Shown: positions 1-6,826 of the stretch, one piece after another
How the letters are laid out: every line of letters begins with the position of its first letter
Position numbering within the stretch: position 1 is the first letter of the stretch
Assembly: GCF_017876815.1 (NCBI RefSeq)
Contig: NZ_JAGIOS010000001.1
Span: 2,670,001-2,702,000 of the forward strand
DNA length: 32,000 bases
Source: Sinorhizobium meliloti
GTDB lineage: Bacteria; Pseudomonadota; Alphaproteobacteria; Rhizobiales; Rhizobiaceae
Reading direction: 5' to 3'
Made by a program: the position numbers and the translations under genes
The notes under the pieces: generated by a model
The model's input: only the letters and a program-made list of their open reading frames with translations
Databases searched by the model: none
Told to the model about the DNA's origin: nothing

Positions 1-2
1 TG

Positions 3-128
3 GACCCGGAACGGCTCATCCCCAAGGACGCGCCGATCCATGGAAGCGGCTACCGGCCGCTGATCCCGCCAAACACCTGTCAGTTCAAGGCGACTGGCAC
101 ACTGCCGCGCTGGCGAGACTTCAGGTAA
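3..128 (+). CDS. 3-prime end of an unidentified ORF that starts upstream of the window
   Basis: Frame 3 is open from the window edge to TAA at 126-128. It reads DPERLIPKDAPIHGSGYRPLIPPNTCQFKATGTLPRWRDFR*. Third codon positions are almost all G/C, as in the confident genes here. Family not recognised. Confidence 0.4.
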   Translation, partial: DPERLIPKDAPIHGSGYRPLIPPNTCQFKATGTLPRWRDFR

Positions 129-240
129 TCGTGACGCTATCGTGGCCGAGGAAAGAAGCCACTATGCCCCGGCGCAAATTTCCGCTCGCGCTGGAATAAG
201 CTGCTTGCCGATGCCTATCCGCTTGCCTACTGAGAATTGC

Positions 241-278
241 GGCCGAGCCCGCCTATGTGGCATGGGGCGGGCTCGGCC
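241..278. other. Perfect 13-bp stem-loop (ggccgagcccgcc / ggcgggctcggcc, 12-nt loop)
   Basis: Arms at 241-253 and 266-278 are exact reverse complements. No T-run follows on either strand, so it is not a canonical intrinsic terminator. Confidence 0.4.
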
Positions 279-1160
279 ATTCCGGGTGCACCATAGTCGG
301 CCCTGGTCAAGGGGGGATGCAGGGCGGCGGGCTACGTGGGGTTTCCCCGCCATTTCTCCGACTAGCAGCGTTCTTTCGCAGTTTTGGCTGCGCTCTGCTG
401 CGATCAGCCACCCGGAATTAGAATTATTCTACGGCAGGTGCCCCGGGGGTCATCGCCGGAGTAGAGGCCTTTAACCGCTCCACCGCGAAAGTGACCAGCT
501 TCAAGGGGACGGGCATTTCCGGCAAAGGATGGTCGCCCCGACGGCCGAACATAGCATTGGTCAGATTTCCAGCGCCTGGGCTTCCTTGTAGCGGCCAAAG
601 TCGGCGAGTCGCTTTGCATATCCGTGACGACCCGGCCCCCACCAGCGGCGATGCTCGTTGGCCAATCAGGTAAATATTATTTTCTATCATACGTATTTTT
701 CCCCTCAGTTTTTATGGCTAATGCCTCAAGCGCGAGCCCGATGATCCGGGGTGAGCCCTGGAACGCGTGGCGCTGAGACGTGTGAGGCCCTATTCGCAAG
801 GATTCTGCGGCCATTTGAAACCCGTTCCGAGAGCGGCGAGCGCGGCTTTGTATTCGCTTGTTGTCACAACTGCCGGATGATAGTTGCCAATCTGATCGAA
901 AACAATATTGACATAGAGAACTGTTATCTCAACCATCGAGCGTAAGGAAGGGCAAATTGAAAGAAATACGGGTAAGGGCAAGCGCAGATGCGCGTTGAAC
1001 GGAGAAGAATGAGGGAGATGATGTGGTGCTGCCTCGGAGGCTTCGATCTGACCCGCTTCCTCGTCACTTCCGCCGCCCGGTCGACCCAATATTCTCGGTC
1101 GCGCGTGGAAGAGGATCCCAGCCTCGGGCCGATGGAAGGCAGGATGCGGAATTTCCTGCA

Positions 1161-1445
1161 ATGAAAGGGCGGAGCATGAGACAGAGTTTGAAAGTCCAGA
1201 CCACGGACATTGATCAGAAGATAGGCGCCCGCATTCGGGAATTCCGGCTGCTGCGGAGCATGTCGCAGGGAGCGCTTGCCGAAAAGCTCGGGATCACGTT
1301 CCAGCAATTGCAAAAATACGAGAAGGGCGCCAACCGGATCTCGGCCTCGGCGCTGATCCTGATCTGCAAGGAGCTTGGCATCACGCCCAACCATATTCTT
1401 GGCGCGTTTTTCGATAATGACGAGGACTCCGGGCTCGTCGATTAG
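1161..1445 (+). CDS. XRE/Cro-CI family helix-turn-helix transcriptional regulator
   Basis: IGARIREFRLLRSMSQGALAEKLGITFQQLQKYEKGANRISASALILICKELGI is a classic HTH_3 (XRE) domain. The ATG at 1161 overlaps (ATGA) the stop of a 58-codon upstream ORF (988-1164). An alternative ATG lies at 1176. The track ORF 1023-1445 has an Arg/Pro-rich extension that looks non-coding. Confidence 0.85.
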   Translation: MKGRSMRQSLKVQTTDIDQKIGARIREFRLLRSMSQGALAEKLGITFQQLQKYEKGANRISASALILICKELGITPNHILGAFFDNDEDSGLVD

Positions 1446-1448
1446 CTG

Positions 1449-1565
1449 ATGCATCAGATCGCCGTGCGCGACCGCGAGCTCAAGGCTATTCAGGCGGCTT
1501 TCTCAGAGAAAGGCCCGCCCTCGCGAGGCAGCGCTCGCGTCAGATTGAAGAGGGCCGTCCAATGA
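1449..1565 (+). CDS. Small hypothetical protein (38 aa)
   Basis: MHQIAVRDRELKAIQAAFSEKGPPSRGSARVRLKRAVQ. G/C is high at third positions, and its stop overlaps the next ATG (ATGA at 1562-1565). Too short for the ORF track. Confidence 0.35.
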   Translation: MHQIAVRDRELKAIQAAFSEKGPPSRGSARVRLKRAVQ

Positions 1566-1660
1566 TCCCGCAATATCGCGTCTTCGCGCTGGCCGTGGCG
1601 GTCGCCATCGGCCTACTCATGCTTCTGATCGTCCGAGCCGGGACTGCGGGTTTGTTATAA
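1562..1660 (+). CDS. Small single-pass membrane peptide (32 aa)
   Basis: MIPQYRVFALAVAVAIGLLMLLIVRAGTAGLL. It has one hydrophobic helix and high GC3, and is translationally coupled to the preceding small ORF. Confidence 0.35.
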   Translation: MIPQYRVFALAVAVAIGLLMLLIVRAGTAGLL

Positions 1661-1696
1661 TCGGGCGACCCCGTTTGATTCACGCCCGAGGCGTTC

Positions 1697-2209
1697 ATGG
1701 TAAAGAGGAAACCGCACGATCCGCACCGTTCCCTGCGCGGCGTCGTTGTCGATAATCCATTCTACAGCCGCGCCCATTCAGGGACCGCCGGCAACCCCAA
1801 GCAGATCAGCGCGGTAATCAATACCCGCCAGAGCGCGGTCATCATGCTTTACTCGCGTGGCCGCCTCGATCCCGCGCAGCTGGCCGCCGCAAACAGGTTC
1901 GGCGCCCTTTGGGAAACCATGGGCGGCAAGGGTGCCGGCGCCATCGACTATGGCAAGGAGCCGGTAGACGGCGGCCAGCGATCCGATCCGATCACCGAAC
2001 GCCAGCTGGTGGCCGCTGATGAATTGCGCCGCGCCCGGCGCCGCTTGCGTGATCCCGATCGCTACCGGCTGGTATGTCGGATATGCGGCGAAGGATATGC
2101 CTTGCATGAACTCGGCCGATCGAGGCGCGGCAAGCTGGCCGCCGCCAATGAACTCCGCTCCTGCCTGGACGATCTTGCCGATTTGTGGGGCCTTGCCACC
2201 CGCCGCTGA
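1697..2209 (+). CDS. DUF6456-like phage regulatory protein (possible late-gene activator)
   Basis: The C-terminal half reads ITERQLVAADELRRARRRLRDPDRYRLVCRICGEGYALHELGRSRRGKLAAANELRSCLDDLADLWGL. From memory this matches the helical, HTH-like pattern of DUF6456 proteins found in alphaproteobacterial prophage/GTA regulatory regions. It sits directly downstream of the XRE gene. Confidence 0.55.
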   Translation: MVKRKPHDPHRSLRGVVVDNPFYSRAHSGTAGNPKQISAVINTRQSAVIMLYSRGRLDPAQLAAANRFGALWETMGGKGAGAIDYGKEPVDGGQRSDPITERQLVAADELRRARRRLRDPDRYRLVCRICGEGYALHELGRSRRGKLAAANELRSCLDDLADLWGLATRR

Positions 2210-2246
2210 AATCCCCATATGCGTCGGGCAAAGAAGGAAGAGTAAT

Positions 2247-3386
2247 ATGTACCTGTCTATGGAGTCACAAGCTCCTGCAATTAAAGCGCAAAACTGGATA
2301 GGGGGCGAGCCCCTTGCGAACTTCCAGCCCGGCACAGTCTACGTCCTCGAATTTTTTTCCACCACGTGTCCACATTGTGTGGCGCCGATGCTCAATCTGA
2401 TACAGCTGCAGGAGAAATACAGGGACCGAGGACTGGAGGTCGTTGGCGTGGCTGCAGAAGAACGGGCTGCGACTGCCGATGACGCTCGAGCGCATTTGGA
2501 CCCATGGTTGACGGAAAACGTCCCGAAGTTGAACTTCCGGGTCGGGATCGACTGCACAGGCGAAATGGAAAAGCTATGGAAGGAAGCGAGCTTTTCTTTC
2601 GGAGTTCCATATTCGTTTGTGGTCGACCGAGACAGCCGCATCGCCTTTATCGGTCATCCGACGGACCTCGATTCTGTCCTGCCGCAGGTGCTTGACGGCA
2701 CGTGGCGTAGCAGCGATCAAGCAAAAGCCGTCGAAAGGGAGCGGATCGCCAAAGGGCGAGACGACGCGCAACTGAACCCGATTCTAGACAAATTCACCGC
2801 GGCGATAGAGATGAAGGATTGGATGACAGCGCTCCCGGCGATCGAAGAGGCTATCGCTTTGATGCCAGATGACATCGACCTCCGCACGACTCATGTGGAA
2901 ACTTTGCTTTACAAAATGCGCGACATGCAGACCGGCCTGACCGTACTGCGGCGATTGGTTCGTGACGCTATCGACAGAAACGACCAGGAGTGGCTGTTGA
3001 ACGCGTTGGACCAACTCTTCAATCCAGATGAGTATGATTACACGCACTTTCCGTCTGCCGAGCGCCTTGCTATGGGCAAGGAGCTCTCCGAACACATCCT
3101 TGCACTGACAGGGCTGAAAGACGAGGTAAAGGCGTCGTATTATCGGGCCGTCGCTCCATACTACTATGAGAGCGGCAATAAAGCTCGCGCGGAGGAATTG
3201 CTCGAGCTCGCACTCAAGCTGGCGGACGGACTGCCTCGGGTAAACCCGTCCTGGCTAGAGGGTGTGCTGCAGACCCTCGCCACCTACAAGGGCGAGAAGG
3301 TTTGTCACGGAGCTCCTTGTGTGGCTCCGAAGGAGAATGTTCCGAATGGTGCCACACGGCAGGCGGAGAAGAAGAACCCGGCTTGA
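2247..3386 (+). CDS. Thioredoxin-fold (TlpA/redoxin-like, CPHC active site) protein with a C-terminal helical repeat (TPR-like) domain
   Basis: VYVLEFFSTTCPHCVAPMLNLIQLQEKYRDRGLEVVGVA...GVPYSFVVDRDSRIAFIG is a redoxin/TlpA-type fold. About 200 aa of helical repeats follow. RBS aaggaagag at 2234-2242 precedes the ATG at 2247. The 5-prime part of track ORF 2019-3386 overlaps the previous gene and was discarded. Confidence 0.8.
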   Translation: MYLSMESQAPAIKAQNWIGGEPLANFQPGTVYVLEFFSTTCPHCVAPMLNLIQLQEKYRDRGLEVVGVAAEERAATADDARAHLDPWLTENVPKLNFRVGIDCTGEMEKLWKEASFSFGVPYSFVVDRDSRIAFIGHPTDLDSVLPQVLDGTWRSSDQAKAVERERIAKGRDDAQLNPILDKFTAAIEMKDWMTALPAIEEAIALMPDDIDLRTTHVETLLYKMRDMQTGLTVLRRLVRDAIDRNDQEWLLNALDQLFNPDEYDYTHFPSAERLAMGKELSEHILALTGLKDEVKASYYRAVAPYYYESGNKARAEELLELALKLADGLPRVNPSWLEGVLQTLATYKGEKVCHGAPCVAPKENVPNGATRQAEKKNPA

Positions 3387-3812
3387 GGATGGCTCTAGAT
3401 GTGAGCTTTCAGGACGTTGAGGGTGTAGACACCCCCTCGCTCCGTCGCTGCGGCAAAGTGCTGCCGTTGATCATTACTTGAATGGAGGCGTCGATGTCCG
3501 GCGCTTGCCGCGCGGGCAATGGTGGCATTGCAGCAACGTGATTACTAGGAGTCCTTTATAGTCATGCAATTTTCGGCAGCATTGCTGAGCTGACCGGTAC
3601 TGAGTTTGCCAGCACTTGAGCCGGCCGTGCAGTATCGCGTCTGGAACTTCCATTCAAAGCTGAAGTGATGTTCGAACACATGTCCGAGCTGCACCGAATG
3701 GTCACCTCGCCCAACCACCGCCCCTTAACGGACCAGTCAAGTTTCTCTTGCCCCGAAACCGAAATGTCGGCGCATTTCTCGTTGCCGGACTCGTGCAAAC
3801 TTGCTTTGCCGA

Positions 3813-3843
3813 CTTGACAGGATGTGACCGGAATCCATATATA
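3813..3843 (+). promoter_or_regulatory. Candidate sigma70-type promoter upstream of the HNH gene
   Basis: cTTGACA at 3813-3819, a 17-nt spacer, then atatat/tatata at 3837-3843. It lies about 65 nt upstream of the HNH start at 3908. Confidence 0.4.
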
Positions 3844-3907
3844 GCAGCTATATCCCCGTCATTGCCACTAGATTTAGGAAGCGCCAGCCCGATCGGCGTT
3901 CGATGCG

Positions 3908-4276
3908 ATGCCTCGACTCCGCGCTTTGCAAGCAAACATTTCAACGCTGTCGCCGCTCGTCGGCTATGCCTCCGACGATGCCGACAAGAAGCGGCGAACC
4001 TTCCAGCCATGGCGTGCTTGGTACAATACCGCCGCATGGGAGGACCTGCGCCAAGCCGTGTTCCTGCGCGACAATTACACATGCCAGCGCACAGGCGAGC
4101 TTTGCACCGCAAAGGCGCCGGCCCCGAATAGTCCCGTCGCGCACCATAGGACCCCGCATCGAGGAGATCCGAAGCTCTTTTGGGACATCAACAATATCCA
4201 GACCGTATCCAAGCGGGTGCACGACGGAGAAATCCAGCGTGAAGAACAGGCCATCCCCCACGGCCAATGGGATTGA
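3908..4276 (+). CDS. Phage HNH endonuclease (terminase-associated type)
   Basis: CQRTGELC...VAHHRTPHRGDPKLFWDINNIQTVSKRVHDGEIQREE shows the His, Asn and His of the HNH bba-Me motif. It has the PH.GD..LFWD..N(L/I)Q signature typical of HNH genes next to HK97-like terminases. Confidence 0.85.
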   Translation: MPRLRALQANISTLSPLVGYASDDADKKRRTFQPWRAWYNTAAWEDLRQAVFLRDNYTCQRTGELCTAKAPAPNSPVAHHRTPHRGDPKLFWDINNIQTVSKRVHDGEIQREEQAIPHGQWD

Positions 4277-4280
4277 CGCC

Positions 4281-4364
4281 ATGCCTTGGCATCTTGCCTT
4301 CTCGGTGCTGATCATCGTCGGCGCCCTGATCATCTTCGTGCTCGTCACCGGCATCGCCCCATAG
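4281..4364 (+). CDS. Possible small membrane peptide (27 aa)
   Basis: MPWHLAFSVLIIVGALIIFVLVTGIAP, one TM helix, starting 5 nt after the HNH stop. There is no clear RBS, and it is too short for the track. Confidence 0.25.
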   Translation: MPWHLAFSVLIIVGALIIFVLVTGIAP

Positions 4365-4528
4365 GGACGGAGGGGAAAGGTCGAAAGAAGGCCCCCCTGC
4401 TGGCGATGCGCACGCTGTCATCACGCCAGCCTTCTTCGGCTTGCCGTCAAGCAGCCGCTAGCCTCGACCTATTGCGACTTTGGCAACGTGGCATGGCGAA
4501 CCTCGGCGAGCGAAACTGCTCAGACAGC

Positions 4529-5158
4529 TCACATTTTGCAGCTGACAGAGAACTTTTGTCCGGCTTCCAGGCGACCCTTCCACGTGCAGTCCGGGCGATT
4601 GTTGCGTGTCACAAGTAAATCGATCTCGCCCGGCTCGAAGGCATAGGTGCCGTCTGGCTTGGCCTCCCTTGGGCGCCATCCATTTATTTCGATAACGAAG
4701 TCCACAGGAGGGACTGGCTCGACGAGGACCGTCAGTGTTGGAAATTGGTAAAGCTGCATGAAGACGTATTTGGGCTGCAGGGTACTGACTATCTCCGCAT
4801 ACAGATGTGAGCCACCGAGCCTCAGGTCCGCCTTCCCGGCATCTCCTTCGCCAACTATGCCTCCTGGTACGGTGCTGACATAGCCGCCTTGTTCTATAAC
4901 CGTCGCGAACTTCGCGACCTCAACCGGATCGACACCAGCTTTCAACGCGTTTGTGCTTATCTTGGTCGCCACATCCTTCAGTGCAGCTTCCGCCGCCGCA
5001 GGTGTCACAATAATACCAGCTTCGGCCGACCACTGAGCGATCACCTTTTCCAGTGTTACGTCGACCTCTTGTGCACGTGCCGATGTTGCGCCGGCGCTGA
5101 GAATTATCAGCAGAGCTCGTAGCCTCCAACTCAGCCGCCAAGCCCAACTGCTTGTCAT
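4529..5158 (-). CDS. Secreted hypothetical protein (signal peptide, C-terminal beta-rich domain)
   Basis: N-terminus MTSSWAWRLSWRLRALLIILSAGATSARA/QEV has a basic n-region, a hydrophobic core and an AXA cleavage site. The C-terminal segment LTVLVEPVPPVDFVIEINGWRPREAKPDGTYAFEPGEIDLLVTRNNRPDCTWKGRLEAGQKFSVSC looks like a PEGA/Ig-like beta sandwich. Its ATG overlaps the stop of the upstream gene (ATGA at 5155-5158). Confidence 0.75.
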   Translation of the reverse strand: MTSSWAWRLSWRLRALLIILSAGATSARAQEVDVTLEKVIAQWSAEAGIIVTPAAAEAALKDVATKISTNALKAGVDPVEVAKFATVIEQGGYVSTVPGGIVGEGDAGKADLRLGGSHLYAEIVSTLQPKYVFMQLYQFPTLTVLVEPVPPVDFVIEINGWRPREAKPDGTYAFEPGEIDLLVTRNNRPDCTWKGRLEAGQKFSVSCKM

Positions 5159-5661
5159 GACGTTCCTCCGGAAGCTGTCTCCTTGAGACGTTCAAATGCA
5201 ACTAAGGCGACTACAATTGCAAGCAAGAGGACGCCAAGCAAAAAGAAGCAAAAATGCATCCGATAAAGCGCTTGTATGCGCATTGTTCCGACCAGTTCGT
5301 AGCATCCATTAAACCAAAGATTTGAAATCTGAAACTTCCACAATATTGCACAAAGAACTGATGCGGCAATAGCTATCATAGATAGCAATGTGAAAAACAT
5401 GCTCCAATTTGATAATTTAAGATTACCTTGAATTCCGATTAGGACAGCAGCGGATAATCCTAATAGGCCCGTACACAAGCCTAATACCAGTTCCATGGTT
5501 GTAGAGAGAAAGTCGACGGTCTCCTTGTACCTTTCGACGGGCGTACCGAGCGTACATGGGTCGAGCGGAATCCAGTGGACCGCCGCAATCATCACTCCCG
5601 TGATAACGACCACCCCCATAACCGCTGTAGCAACCGTTCGTATCGACACGATGTCCCCCAC
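5155..5661 (-). CDS. Four-pass integral membrane protein, unknown family
   Basis: Four hydrophobic helices: VATAVMGVVVITGVMIAAV, LVLGLCTGLLGLSAAVLIGI, MFFTLLSMIAIAASVLCAILW and FCFFLLGVLLLAIVVALVAF. This is the most AT-rich coding stretch of the window. An alternative GTG start at 5649 follows a GGGGGA motif. Confidence 0.7.
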   Translation of the reverse strand: MGDIVSIRTVATAVMGVVVITGVMIAAVHWIPLDPCTLGTPVERYKETVDFLSTTMELVLGLCTGLLGLSAAVLIGIQGNLKLSNWSMFFTLLSMIAIAASVLCAILWKFQISNLWFNGCYELVGTMRIQALYRMHFCFFLLGVLLLAIVVALVAFERLKETASGGTS

Positions 5662-5942
5662 ATCTATTTACGAGCAATCTGTCGCAACGTACAGGGGGGA
5701 GGGTGAAACATGATAGCCCAAAGCAGCCCAAGGACCGGCCCTCGCGCAATTCGGAGATTTTTTTCGCGCGGCGGAAAAAACGAGAGCGGAAATGGAGGAT
5801 TTTTAAAGTCCATCATGGAAAACGCCGAAGATTGGGCGCCATAAGGTCGAGAGGCGGGCTGTATCGGTCCTTCAGGCTTTTGGCCAGCAGATCGGCGCGA
5901 CCTCGCCGGGCCGCGTGACCTCCGGGTCGACGGGACAGACGA

Positions 5943-6341
5943 TCAGACGATCCGGATAAGCATTCGGCCGGGATATTGCCCGGCGGTGACATGGAGAAGC
6001 AGCGGGCTGTCGTTGGCGACCGCATTGCGGATGACTTCGGCGGCGATGAACTCGACTTCATTAATGCAGCCATAGCTGGCTTTCTCGTCCAACCAGAGGC
6101 TGAAAGGCATGGTCTCGGGATTGTGTTCCAAGGCATGGACGACGGCGGGCTTTTCGCCCGCGTCCAGATTGGCATTGTGCATCAGGTAGACGCCATAATC
6201 GCAGCGCAGCCAAAAGCCCGGCTCGGGAGCATCCTGGTGCCAAAGGGCGCGCTGCCCCTTCGACCAGCTTGCCTCGGCGGATTTGAGCAGGTCGCGCAAT
6301 TGCGCGACTGGGAAAGTCAGTAGCATTGTTGGGTGCTCCAT
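5943..6341 (-). CDS. Hypothetical protein, tentatively DUF3085-like
   Basis: MLLTFPVAQLRDLLKSAEAS...PGFWLRCDYGVYLMHNANL...LWLDEKASYGCINEVEFIAAEV reads as a genuine protein, whereas the overlapping frames are Arg/Ala/Pro junk. The DUF3085 similarity is from memory only. An alternative start is Met6 at 6326. Confidence 0.6.
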   Translation of the reverse strand: MEHPTMLLTFPVAQLRDLLKSAEASWSKGQRALWHQDAPEPGFWLRCDYGVYLMHNANLDAGEKPAVVHALEHNPETMPFSLWLDEKASYGCINEVEFIAAEVIRNAVANDSPLLLHVTAGQYPGRMLIRIV

Positions 6342-6504
6342 TCATAGCATGCGGAAAGCACGCCTGCGCCGCTCGGGGCCTCGCATCCGATTTCTTGCCC
6401 GCCCTCGGCTGGTGTGCAAACCGCGCGAGCGCATGATTGCCGACGATAACCATACCGGCGGGTAAAATCATAGCGGTCATCCGGCCTCTCCGGTCGCGCC
6501 GGTT

Positions 6505-6747
6505 TTACTCGGCCCGTGCCGCGTTGCGCTGCGCCTCAAGGGCGGTGACCGCGAAGTTCCGGTATTTGTTCGTCGCCTTCGGCGAGAAGGAAACCGGATT
6601 GATCGGGAAGGCCTTTAAGGGTTGATATCGCCCTTTTCGCCCCCGGACGAGGAAAAGCGATGCGGTGAATTTGACCGCGTAGGCTTCCGGCGAGGTCAGG
6701 TCGGGGTGGTCTTTTAGGTCCTTCCTTGGTTTTTGCCGGCCCCTCAT
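6505..6747 (-). CDS. Hypothetical protein (80 aa)
   Basis: MRGRQKPRKDLKDHPDLTSPEAYAVKFTASLFLVRGRKGRYQPLKAFPINPVSFSPKATNKYRNFAVTALEAQRNAARAE. There is a strong G/C preference at third codon positions in this frame. It is the first gene of a minus-strand run divergent from terS. Confidence 0.45.
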   Translation of the reverse strand: MRGRQKPRKDLKDHPDLTSPEAYAVKFTASLFLVRGRKGRYQPLKAFPINPVSFSPKATNKYRNFAVTALEAQRNAARAE

Positions 6748-6826
6748 TGGCGCGTGCTCAACACCTATAGAGACCGGGGTCGGGAGTTATCACTAAGTGG
6801 TTGTTGTTGCAGTAAAACGGTAAGCC

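Noticed and set aside
142-474. Track ORFs 142-474 (+), 162-353 (-) and 491-673 (+)
   Set aside because: The translations are Arg/Pro/Gly-rich without structure. There is no RBS and no consistent third-position bias across the ORF. The region is better described as intergenic or decayed.
751-945. ORF 751-945 (+) and the nested minus-strand ORF 790-936 (MVEITVLYVNIVFDQIGNYHPAVV...)
   Set aside because: Both are short, overlap each other completely, and have moderate composition bias, so I cannot tell which, if either, is real. The shared IENNI-like peptide with ORF 424-690 is explained by the DNA inverted repeat rather than protein homology.
2019-2246. 5-prime extensions of track ORFs: 2019-3386, 13379-13933, 13584-14324, 17962-18651, 19013-21457, 22468-24711, 24650-25582, 26074-26595 and 1023-1445
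   Set aside because: The extensions overlap the preceding gene in another frame and translate to junk. Internal starts have good RBS or stop/start coupling and coincide with where the family-like sequence begins.
5758-5780. A/T-stem hairpin ttttttc-gcgcggcg-gaaaaaa at the edge of the AT-rich patch, considered as a terminator or insertion boundary
   Set aside because: The stem is almost pure A:T with a GC loop, the opposite of an intrinsic terminator. No matching repeat was seen at the other side of the patch.
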